A stretch of DNA of 64,000 nt from Eledone cirrhosa (taxonomy: Eukaryota): the NCBI GenBank assembly GCA_964016885.1, contig OZ024743.1, positions 160,766,001 to 160,830,000 of the forward strand. Direction: 5' to 3'. The notes beneath the pieces are model-generated. The model saw nothing but the letters and a program-made list of their open reading frames with translations, ran no database searches and was not told the origin of the DNA. Positions 27,901 through 39,931 of this stretch are shown one piece after another (the first letter of the stretch is position 1; each line of letters opens with the position of its first letter). A program made the position numbers and the translations under genes.

Positions 27901-29400
27901 CTGGAAAATGTGTTTGATAAGTGAACTCACTTGGTGTTGAAGTGTGGGTATTTTGCTTTAGATTGCTAATGTGATATAAGGTCTGCTTTGTCAACTGTTG
28001 GAATTTTGATGCTGATAACTACTCTGTGTAATGTTTTACAACTTATTTTGTAGTTCGCTAATTGTCTGATGTGTTGTTGGGGTGGATATTTCCTTTATTT
28101 CTATGTTTAGTAGATTGATCTGAATTGATGTTTAAAAGTTGTGTATAGGGCTGTTTCTGGTTTACACTAAATTGGCTACTAACTGGACTTACATATCTTA
28201 CATCACTTTGTAGGGGGTATATATATGCGTAACGCATCACTTGTGTTTAACGATTATGATGTTAAAAGCATTGAACTATAAATCTCTATCGTATTGGAAA
28301 TGGTTGCACTGCATACATTTGATGTCTATAGAGAAGTTTTTGTTTTGTTCTTTGATGATTTTCTTATCATGATGGGAAGGTGGCCAAAAGAGAATTGAGG
28401 AACTATTAGAGTGTAATATCTAGGAATATAAGCAAAAATTGATGTCTCGAGAGATATCGTGGTAGTTTACTTAATGAGATGCACGAGTCTTTTGGTATGG
28501 GTTGTTTAGTATGTAAAGGGAGATTAGTCATGATACCATTATCTTATGTCTTGTTTTATTTAAATTGCTTTTATACCAGGATATGATGTATTCATTCAAG
28601 TCTCCCTCATTTTGTGGAGATTAGGAATATGATAAAAGTTTATAGTTGGTTATGTAATGGCTGAAGTGGTTGGTAAGTTTGGTGGTGGTATCTATCCATT
28701 TATCATATTAATGTTATTTATGTTGGTGTTTTTTTATTTTAAATACTGCCAATTCTAGTTTTTCTGCCGTTATATGAACATTCAAATGTCATTTGTGACA
28801 TTTGTGTAAAGTATGCCGGAAGCTACGTACTTCATATGGTATGTTTTGTGTTTTGATATGCTCAGCCTTCTGAAGCTTTAATTAGGGAATGGAGGTGTTG
28901 TTTTACATCACCTCGTCAAAAGGAGACGGATATTGTTCATTATCTTTTTGTTTGACCTCTCTGACTGGAGACCTTGCACGGATGGCTGCAACAGAGCAAA
29001 CTTTGATAAAGTACACAGGATTGTGGTATTAAACAATGTAACAGATTAGGTCTACCACAAAGCATTTGTTCCTGTGTTATTGTAATTTGAATGACGTATG
29101 AAACAATACATTTTAAGTTCCATAATTTTTTTGCATGGAGCATTATATGGCAGTACATCAACAGTTTTTGTTTCGTAATTACGAGGTTTAGATTTGTGTT
29201 TGAAGTAATGGGATACTCTAGAATTGTTTATATTCTGTGCAGAATATAAATTTGAACAGAGAGATAATGGCAAGACTTCCTGTTTTATTAGTGTTGTTAT
29301 GGTTTCTGACTTGAGAGTTATTTATGTGAGCACAACGGAATTGTATTGGCTGTTTTTAATTAAGCGAAATTGTTGGTGGAATGTGTTTAACTTTTCAAAG
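25000..29400 (-). mobile_element. Heavily decayed Penelope-like remnants with an inverted repeat (about 25260-25450 vs 26260-26470)
   Basis: Inverted homology is visible (ctctctctacgcacgaatacactaac vs gttagtgtattcgtgtgtagagagag). Strand bias is coding-like but there is no intact ORF. Confidence 0.4.
27073..27289 (-). mobile_element. Full-length tRNA-derived SINE with a 19-bp target-site duplication
   Basis: A box and B box (GAGTTCAAATCC). TSD aggtata(t/c)aagtaattaat at 27054-27072 and 27290-27308. Confidence 0.9.
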
Positions 29401-30002
29401 ATTTAATGTTTTCTTCGTGTAGAGATTGCTTTCAGATTCTTATCTCAGTCAGTGTATAAGTGTCAAATGGAATAGATTAACTACGTGCATTCATATTTAA
29501 TGGAATTTGGCTGTTATTCCTAGCTAGTTAAATTACCGCGTAGAGGTTTCCGATTTTGATTCGCTGTTATTGATGGTGAAGTTAGTTTGGCTCAATGTTA
29601 GCACTGAATTAGCGGGCCTCTTACCAAAACGTCTTAAGGACGGTTGGGTGAGATTTAAAGGAGATTTGACTGATATTACGTACTTGTAACATAACTAGTA
29701 TATTTGTTTAATAGACGTTCCTTTCGTGTTATTGTTATTTAGCCCCAAATCAGCACTAATCAATTTGATCTGTAATAAATGGTGTTAATAATGTGAACAC
29801 ACCATGTTTCTTTTTAGCTTCAGCGTATGTAGGATAACTCGAAATAATCCATACAGATATGAAGGTATTAACCATAAACTGTGCTATAGCTATACAATTA
29901 AAAACCAGTAAAATTGATTAATAAACTCAGATGGCCATCTCTGATTACCTCTATGATAAACGAACAACCTTAACATCACCAATAATTATCATAAATATAT
30001 AT

Positions 30003-31525
30003 TTCTTCTTCTTCTTCTTCTTCGATCACTTATTCCTGGGAGGATCGTGGGGGAAGAGTCGTGAAACACTCATTCCAGGGGTCCTGCCAAAAGCAACCGT
30101 CTGCAGCTGATCCAGCAGATTCCCCAAGCGTGAACAGCAAAGCCCATGGGTGTTAACCAACCAACTTGCTCGGGGTCTACCCCTGGGTCACCTACCGGTT
30201 GGTTTTACCCGTAACATGTGTCCAACGATTCTTTCCTGAGACATTCTAACCATATTCCCATAGTATTAGAGTTTGTAATCTCTCAATTCGGAGAGGTAGC
30301 GACTCTACCTGGAGTGACTCGGTAATATCCGACTTACGCACTCTATCGGGTAACGATGCACCAAAGACCTTTCGGGGAATCCCCACTTCAGCCGCCTGTA
30401 TTTGTGATCGTATTCATTCAGTCATTATTAAAGATTCATGATCATAGGTAAGGGTTAGCACAAATACCGAATTGAAGATAGCTAGTTTTACTTTTACACC
30501 TACCTCGGCTTTTACACCTTCTTTTACACCTTCTTCTGATTACCGAATGCTGAATGTGGCGCATTACTGCACCAACATCTGCAATTTATGCACTTATTTC
30601 AGCCTCCTGCCTTTCATCACTCGTGAACACGGCCCGAGACACTTCAAATCTCAACCTACTTCAGTGCAACTCCATTCAGATGTTGAGTGCTCTGCGCAGG
30701 CTTCCATGTAAGGACGAGTGTTTCAGTTTCGCTGCACTGATCTTCATTCCAGCCATGCAGTACTCGGCATCAAACCTATCAACAGGAAGTAGGAGATCAC
30801 CTTCTGTCGAGTTAAGTAACACCATGTCGTCTGCAAATTCCAGCTGACTAATGATACTGCCGCCAGTCATGATATTACTTCCAACCCGGCTGCGCATGTC
30901 AATCCTGTAAATAATGAACAGGAGAGGTGACTACGCTACCTTGGCAGAGTCCGACTCCAGCATGAATGGTTTCCATTTAACACCATTTATCGAAACACAA
31001 ATACACATACATTTGTTTAGAGAGATAAGGGCAGCAGCAAGCTGACCATCGATCCCATACTCCTACACAAGCTTCCACAGCAGGTCCTGAGGAACGTAGC
31101 TATATGCCATTTCGAGGTCTATAAAACATTACTCTCAAGATATCCCGAAGACCTGCCATAGTGTGAACATCTAGTCGGTTGTGTGGCGTCCGGAGCGAAA
31201 ACGACACTGTTCATCAGCTGGCTTGGACTCGAATACCTCCCTGCATCTCTTTGCCAAACAATTAGCATAGACTTTACCGGAGAGGCTTAACAATGAGATC
31301 CCTCTCTAATTGGAACAATCTCTCTTGTCACCACTCTTATGACTTCCGATTGCCATTTGAGCTCATAAATTGCTTTTGTGACTTCAGCCTCCGGGAGATT
31401 AGTCCCCGCTCCCAGATACACCTCGTGTACATCAGAAGAGGCTGTAGTGATCGGGTTTAGGAGAACACCAAAATATTCTCTCCTCATCGCGAGGATGCAC
31501 CTCTCTGAAGAGAAGAGAACCCTTA
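30003..31525 (-). mobile_element. Decayed RTE-clade LINE, 3' part with (GAA)n tail
   Basis: LEFADDMVL in ORF 30676..30897; homologous to 54400-55600 and 56780-57740. Confidence 0.8.
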
Positions 31526-31595
31526 TAGAGAATATATATATATACATGTATGTATATACATGTTTATATATATATATATATATATATAGATGTTT

Positions 31596-31699
<104 letters not shown>

Positions 31700-31746
31700 G
31701 TATACATGTATATATATATATATTTATATATATATATATATACATG

Positions 31747-31839
<93 letters not shown>

Positions 31840-31841
<2 letters not shown>

Positions 31842-33601
31842 CGAAGGAAATGTGGTAAGGAACCAGGTGGACCATAACGCACCAAAGTACTCAATACTTG
31901 AGGTAGTAGAGTGGGTAATAGGAACCAGTAGGACCCCGACAGCTGAGCTCAAGCCGTTTCGACAATCACTTTGACCATATATGGTCAAAGTGATTGTCAA
32001 AAATCAGTAGTAATTCTGTGGTTGCAAATTAGTAGGGGAGATGGTGGCTAAACCTGCCAGTAAGAGAAAGAGGGGAGGGGGTGGAGTAGACCCAATCAAG
32101 CGTTGGTAGTACCAGCTACAGCTGGGCATGAGGTCAAAGAAGATACAGGGGAGGGGGAGGGGGAGGAAGTCGGAACGGTAGGTAGAACAATGGGGGGTAG
32201 AAATATATAGAAAAGCAAATAAGTGTAAAGAAAAAAGTAAAGTAAATTAAATTCTACGACCTAGGTGTCAGGCTATTGGTAGGCTAGAATAAAATAAAGA
32301 AAGAAAGAAAGAAGTAAATAAATAAATAAATAAATAACGAAAAAAGTAAAAGAACTAGGTGGGACGGAATAGGCAAGGACCCTTTTAAGAGGTATAAGTA
32401 CGTAAATGATACGGTGACGGGTCAACAAAAGGGGCCAAATACTAAAGAGACTACCACGAAATACACAATAAAGGTTTCCATCCCGGGCCAGCAACGACCC
32501 AGTGCAGCAAAGTGAACTTGTACGAGATAGTAATTCTGAGTCCCGAGAAAAATATATACTAATGCTAACTCTAAAAGATCTAAGACAAGCTACATGAAAG
32601 TTCGTACGAAATAAAGGTAGAATACGGAGAAATAAATTCAGAATCCCCCCCGCCCAGAAGAAAAGCGAAGCAAGAGATACTGAAACGAAAAAATAAGGCA
32701 TAAGTGCCACTAAGAAATATAGAGGGCACAGAGAATAGTGGGAGCGGTCGGAAAAAGGGGGCAAGTATCCGGGGTCTAAGCCAACTGCTATAAAGGGCGG
32801 AGTCCGCCAAATCTATCATAGACTAGGGGAGGGGGTGGTGGGGTACTAAGGCTACATGGGGCCAAAGGGCAGCCTCGGGTGGGCGAGAAAAGACGCCGAC
32901 AAAGGAGAAGAGCTGGGGTAGAAGGACAAAGGAGAGAGGGGGGAAGGAAATAAAGGAAGCGATAAAAGAATACAAAGAAGATCTTACGTCTTCCTTGGCA
33001 AGCAGGGGTTACCCATTGCAAAATCGGCAAGTGGGGTGTTATAGCCCTAGTCTACCCCCCCCCCCCCCCCCCCCCCGGGTCATTATGGGGTTTGAGGGCG
33101 AGGTAAGTCCTACGCAATCTATGTTTACATGCAGTAACCAGTTCATCTTTCTTGTTTAGGAGTTGGTCCGTCGAAAACAGCATTTGTAAAGTTTCCTCCG
33201 AGCATAAATTGCACGGACGGCGTCCTCCCGTGTAAGAATTGGCTCTGGACAGTAATCTCCAAGTGAGATCATAGGTGATGTTGTTGTCCTTGAGGTCCCA
33301 TATGTGGCCCGAAAGAGTAGTGGCGTGACGCAGGGCCGGGTTTCGGAAGGTATGTCTATGTTGGTATAGCCGGGTCTTGAAGTCACATGCGGTAAGTCCT
33401 ATATACTGGCAGGTTTAGCCACCATCTCCCCTACTAATTTGCAACCACAGAATTACTACTGATTTTTGACAATCACTTTGACCATATATGGAATTACCCC
33501 TTGAGAAGATCGGCTATTTAAATACCAGGATAAATTTTCATTTAGTCCAGAATTAGCCGTCGAAACGGCTTGAGCTCAGCTGTCGGGGTCCTACTGGTTC
33601 C

Positions 33602-33604
<3 letters not shown>
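31840..33604. mobile_element. Non-coding Penelope-type element (family C) with inverted pseudo-LTRs, between (TA)n tracts
   Basis: 31973-32062 is the reverse complement of 33404-33491, and 31918-31963 of 33559-33604. A perfect palindrome lies at 31961-31998. Confidence 0.75.
33496..33589 (+). ncRNA. Type I hammerhead, U3-A8 variant with long stems
   Basis: ACCCC-UUGAGAA-GA(U)CGGCUA..UAGCCGUC-GAAA-CGGCU ugagcuc AGCUG-UC-GGGGU; predicted cut after C33584. Confidence 0.85.
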
Positions 33605-33635
<31 letters not shown>

Positions 33636-35021
33636 CGCTTTCTTGATAGCAGGTGTGGAGCAGGGTTTATAATTACGAAGTCAGTGGATCCAGCCCATAA
33701 CACATTCTGACAGCCGGGGTTAGTATTCTCAAGCCGCCCGGAGTCTCTTTGTCGTAAAGTAGGCTTTTTTAGAGGCGGCCTTTACTTGCCTCGTCATATC
33801 TACGTCACAAGTGTCACCCATTGCTCCGTTTCACATTGTTTGTAATTAGCTACCACTCATCTGGCCTATTGAAATATTATTACTGATGTGTCTTTTGAAA
33901 ATAGATTACAGTTTACATAAACAATCTTTTTAAAATATTAGCATGTTTAAATGCTAAGTCTCTTTCAGTTTCGTTTTGTATTCCTTATGTTTGATCAAGC
34001 AATTGAGTTCAAGGTCATACCTTTTATAAGCTGCAAACAAATCATTACAAGTAAGATACACCCAATTTTTGTTTACTTCTAAGAACGAAAAACTTTTAGC
34101 TGTAACTTTTTTCGATCATTAGTTTAGTACTAACCATTTCAGAAATGGTTACTTTTATACACATTAAAACATTTATTTAAAATATTTAAAACAAATAAGC
34201 AAATGAACCTTAAATGTCGCCATCATTAAAAGTGATTAAAGACGCTACCAGCAAATAATCAATTCAAAATTTAAATTCACACATCAATATCAATATTTAA
34301 TGATGCATAATAAATGCTCGCAAGTTGTTTTATGGTTTTTTTTTTTTTTATTAATGACAATATGCGCAATTCTAATTGGCTGTAATAAAGGTTAGACTAT
34401 TAGGCCGTCAATTCGTAAATATTAATATCATAAAACAGGCAAAGAGATATCTGTTTATGACTTATAGTAGCAAATATTATTAAATCACTATTTTGATCTT
34501 AAGGTGGAAATGGTTTTTCATGTGCGTTTTTAGAGAATTTTGACAACAGCGGTAATTTCAAATTCTAATGCAAACGAAATTTTCATTGTGGAGGAATGCT
34601 TCTGGGAGAAAGACTCTCCCTTTGTCTTATTGGTGTTGTTACCTTTGCTACTGTCATTGTTGTTGTTGTTGTTTAGTCCATCTCGTATCTTTTTTTGTAT
34701 TTGTTTGTTTTTTTTTCAAATCAGCTCAACGTTTTTAAAAAATAGATCATTGTTTAGATTCTGGTCGGTTGATAGAACTTAAAAATGAGGGAAGATTTCT
34801 TCAGCTTCACTTTGGAGCAATCAGTTGCTCTGCAGTTCGGCATAAAACAAATGTGAGTTCGAGTCCCACGGGCGACGCTGTCAACCTTTTTTCTGTCCAG
34901 GGACTTTTCTACCCTATTTGTTAGGCTAATTTTCATAGTAAAAAAATACGTTGAAGCTTCTAAATGTTCAATGAATACATATCCGTCGAACGTTTTTAAA
35001 AGTAGATCATATATATATGTA

Positions 35022-35077
<56 letters not shown>

Positions 35078-35167
35078 TATGCAAAAGATAAACAGAAATA
35101 ACAAAGCAAACGACACAGCACATTGAAGGAACATATTAGTTTAACACTTGAAATATCAGGAAGAGAG

Positions 35168-35202
35168 TTTTAACGTTTCGGACATTTGTTCTTTATCAGA
35201 AG
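35168..35202 (-). ncRNA. Decayed minimal hammerhead
   Basis: uu-CUGAUAA-aGAACA aa UGUCC-GAAA-CG-UUA-aa; carries G8A and a stem II mismatch. Confidence 0.4.
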
Positions 35203-35583
35203 ATAGAGTTAGAAGTAGAAACACCGGGGAAAAATGAGGAAAAATATATATCATAGAAATGACTTCTATAGGACTAAATCTGTTTCATTCGTATGAAATC
35301 ACCAGGATTGATTTCATACTAATGAAGCAGTATTAGACCTTTAGAAGTCATTCTATATAAAATAACGATGCTTATACATTACCAACGTATTGAGTTTCAC
35401 ATATATATATATAAAAGAAAATTTCGCTCTACAAGGCTAAATACAATAAATATAATCTGAGTTTTTCGAATATTAATAATAGCATTCGATACGTTTGCAA
35501 TTTTGCAATCAAGCCTCAATTTTATAGCCATGTCAGTAGAATGAACACTTCATTCTTGCTCTTGTGTTGGCATGCAAACAGAC

Positions 35584-35627
35584 CTGCAGACACTAATGTT
35601 TCTTGGTATCACCCGTCATCAGTACAG
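35584..35627 (-). ncRNA. Type I hammerhead with canonical core
   Basis: CUGUA-CUGAUGA-cgGGU gau ACCaa-GAAA-CAUUAGUG-UC-UGCAG. Confidence 0.75.
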
Positions 35628-35687
35628 CTCACTGTTCACCTGCCAAACTGTCAGAGCTAGTGAAAATATATGCTATTTTCAAAAATA

Positions 35688-35790
35688 CAGTCCTGATTTG
35701 CATATTAGCAGACTGACTGATCAGTCAGATCTGCATATTAGCAGATCCATTGATCAGCCAGATTTGCATATCAGCAGACTGGCCAGTCAG
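35688..35790. repeat. Three 33-bp tandem repeats each carrying ATTTGCAT or ATCTGCAT
   Basis: cagtc(c/a)gat(t/c)tgcatattagcaga... repeated three times. Confidence 0.8.
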
Positions 35791-36049
35791 TTTCCTGTAT
35801 ACGAGCGATTAATGGCCGCCTTTGTCAAATTCAAATAAAAAAGAAAATTTCGCTCTACATGGCTGAATACAATAAATGTAATCTGAGTTTTTCGAATATT
35901 AATAATAACATTCGATTCGTTTGCAATTTTGCAAACAAGCCTCAATTTTATAGCCATGTCAGTAGAATGAACACTTCATTCTTGCTCTTGTGTTGCAAAA
36001 TTGCAAACGAATCGAATGTTGTTATTAATATTCGAAAAACTCAAATTAC

Positions 36050-36159
<110 letters not shown>

Positions 36160-36569
36160 AAGAGTGAGAGAAAATGCCACTCAAATGAGAATAGCCTCTT
36201 CTGTGCAGATAACAGCTTCAGCGTTTACGGGAAAATACGATTTATAGAAGAGAAAACTGCAGATTTTTCTAACAAATTTAATGTTAAGTTTGTGTAATGT
36301 CATTGTCAGACGACATTGGTTTCTTAGGAGAGAGAGAGAGGTGGAGCAAATTAAGGGGGATGTTGGTTTACTGAAGTGGGAGGGGAAAATGTACAGGGAA
36401 GACAAAGGAGGAAAAGTGTCTCGGTGAGCGAAGGAAGAAAGTCTATAAAATATGACGACGAGAGAGAGATTAAAAACCAGTAGAGAATATAATGGAGAGT
36501 AAAAAGGAAACCGAGTGTCATACAAAGTAGATGGGGAAGTGAAGTGAAGTAGGAAGAAAAAGCAACAGA

Positions 36570-36660
36570 GAAGAAGAAGAAGAAGAAGAAGAAGAAGAAG
36601 AAGAAGAAGAAGAAGAAGAAGAAGAAGAAGAAGAAGAAGAAGAAGAAGAAGAAGAAGAAG

Positions 36661-36690
<30 letters not shown>
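36570..36690. repeat. (GAA)n microsatellite
   Basis: Read directly. Confidence 0.95.
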
Positions 36691-36691
<1 letters not shown>

Positions 36692-37029
36692 GATTGTATG
36701 AGAAAGATGAAACGATAAACCGAGAGAGATGGAGCGATAGAGGGAGAGAGAGGCTATGACGACTAATGGGGATGAGACTAGAAATGGTGTAACGAAACGA
36801 AGTATGGAGAAGGAAATTGAGAGAGTTGGGTGGATTGAGAGAGAGAGGGAAAGAGAGAAAGAAGATGGATGAGAGAAGAAAAAAAAGACATAGAGAGATT
36901 AGAGCAGGTAATTGGAGAAAAGAAAAGAGTGCCAGAGGATAAAGATAGAGGGATGAGAAGTGATGAGAAGATAAAACTGATACATGAATATATGTGTGTG
37001 TGTGCATATATATATATATATATTGCATA

Positions 37030-37497
37030 GAAAGATAGATATATAGATAGATTGATAGATAGATATATACATACATAGATACATAGATACATAGATACAT
37101 ACATAGATACATAGATACATAGATAGATAGATACATACATAGATAGGTAGATAGATAGATAGATACATACATGCATACATACATACACACATACACACAT
37201 ACATACACACATACACACATACATACACACATACATACATACATACACACATACATACATACATACATACATACATACATACATACACATACACATACAT
37301 ACATACATACATACATACATACATACATACATACATACATACATACATACATACATACACATACACATACATACATACATACACACATACATACATACAT
37401 ACATACATACATACATACATACATACATACATACATACATACATACACACACATACATACATACATACATACATACATACATACATACATACATACA

Positions 37498-37528
<31 letters not shown>
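37030..37528. repeat. (GATA)n/(CATA)n compound microsatellite
   Basis: Read directly. Confidence 0.95.
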
Positions 37529-37872
37529 GCATGTGGTGTGTTGTGTGAGTGGAAAAAGGGGAAAAACAAAGAGATTTTTGCGTGAACAAAAAAAAATGAA
37601 AGTGTGACGTCAATGCAAAATCTAATTTCATTAGCACTACCTCCCCCCACTAACTCTTCCCAACACCACCACCATCACGATTACCACTCCCCACCACAAC
37701 CATCACCGATACCTTTACAATTTCAGAAGATAACATGTGAGACAATATGTTTTATAGTAGCAAAAGCAAGACCACGTTTAGTTAAGGCAAACCACATCTG
37801 TTGCATCTGTGTGTGTATATACACTCTACTACCCTAACTATTGAGTACTCTGGTGCGCCATGCTCCACCTGG

Positions 37873-37910
<38 letters not shown>

Positions 37911-37911
37911 T

Positions 37912-37947
<36 letters not shown>

Positions 37948-37950
37948 TAC

Positions 37951-38029
<79 letters not shown>

Positions 38030-38032
<3 letters not shown>

Positions 38033-38129
38033 ATAATAATAAATTTGAAGACTAAAATCCAGAGTTTCAGAAGATCACGTTAAGGGTGAAAGCAGCGATT
38101 CTTTGCTTAAACTTTAATCTGTTATTTTA

Positions 38130-38173
<44 letters not shown>

Positions 38174-38248
38174 ATAATAATAAATTTGAAGACTAAAATC
38201 CAAAGAGGGCTCGATAAGGATAAATACATATCAAATATATAAGAACCG
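38030..38248. mobile_element. Penelope family B pseudo-LTR fragments (hammerhead-like copy at 38063-38113) in (TA)n
   Basis: Matches 39925-40020 and 41763-41836. Confidence 0.75.
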
Positions 38249-38284
38249 TAGAGCAAATATTTTAATAAATATATATATATATAC

Positions 38285-38346
<62 letters not shown>

Positions 38347-38476
38347 TTAATAAATGAATATATATATATATATATATCAGCTCGGGATTCACACACCTTA
38401 TAAACGTAAATAACAACGTTATTACTCCAATCAACCTACTAACAATCAGCAAATACCCCAAACATATGACAGTTAT

Positions 38477-38553
<77 letters not shown>

Positions 38554-38729
38554 ACATGTGTAGGCACATAAACCTTGCGGTAGCTATACAAGCAGAGGCA
38601 CACAAATGTAATAGCTATAATGTGTGTTGGAACTTCGCCCTACATGACTCCGAGTATCACAATTGTGCGAACAACGATACAGCATGCGCGTGAAATTAAT
38701 GAGCATTTCAAAGATATGTGTAGCTGTAT

Positions 38730-38858
38730 CATATTACACTGGGACATTCTTTGAATTACAGGTACAACTTATCTTTTGCAGCTCAGTGAACTGAAGCAAA
38801 GTGAAACAAAATGTTTTGCTCAAGGACACAACGCATCGCTGAGAATCGAACTCATGAC
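38730..38858 (-). mobile_element. Fragment of a second tRNA-derived SINE family
   Basis: B box GAGTTCGATTCTC and the gtgtccttgagcaa motif. Confidence 0.55.
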
Positions 38859-38918
<60 letters not shown>

Positions 38919-38919
38919 G

Positions 38920-39150
<231 letters not shown>

Positions 39151-39395
39151 TATATATATATATATATATATAGTTATGCGTATTTATACCTATTATATGA
39201 CTGAGTATATCTACAGCTATTGCTTCTACGGAGTATAAATGTATATGTGCGTGAATGTACGAGTGTATATACCTATTCTTTTGTGTGCATACATGTGTGT
39301 CTAGAGCGTCTGGAGTCAGTCAGTCATATATTTTGCTGCTTAATGTGCATAATTGTATCAGGATTTATATAGATTCTCTGGCCTTGTCATTTTCC

Positions 39396-39482
<87 letters not shown>

Positions 39483-39766
39483 ATATACACGTACAAAAAT
39501 GTGTGTGTGTATATATATATATATATATAATATGTACATCCTACCCTGTTCTATACCAATAAATAGAAGTTACTTGCAATACAAGTTGCACCAAGGGGCT
39601 GATCACTATAATTTTGATCAGCCAGCAGGCGAAACTCGAATTGCAAGTAGCTGCCACTTAACTCTCACATATTGATATAAAATAAATTTGCTTACTATAC
39701 GTATAGTGGTCTGTATCAAATAATGTTTTCAACCTGTATAACATGTAACGGTATACAATTTATGTT

Positions 39767-39879
<113 letters not shown>

Positions 39880-39880
39880 G

Positions 39881-39924
<44 letters not shown>

Positions 39925-39931
<7 letters not shown>

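Noticed and set aside
35688-35790. 33-bp repeats as a possible CRISPR array
   Set aside because: Contiguous tandem units without unique spacers, no cas genes and a eukaryotic context.
36351-37650. Long ORFs such as the 428-aa MYVC/YIYI/HTHT/poly-F frames here and throughout the window
   Set aside because: They are translations of stop-free microsatellites, not proteins.
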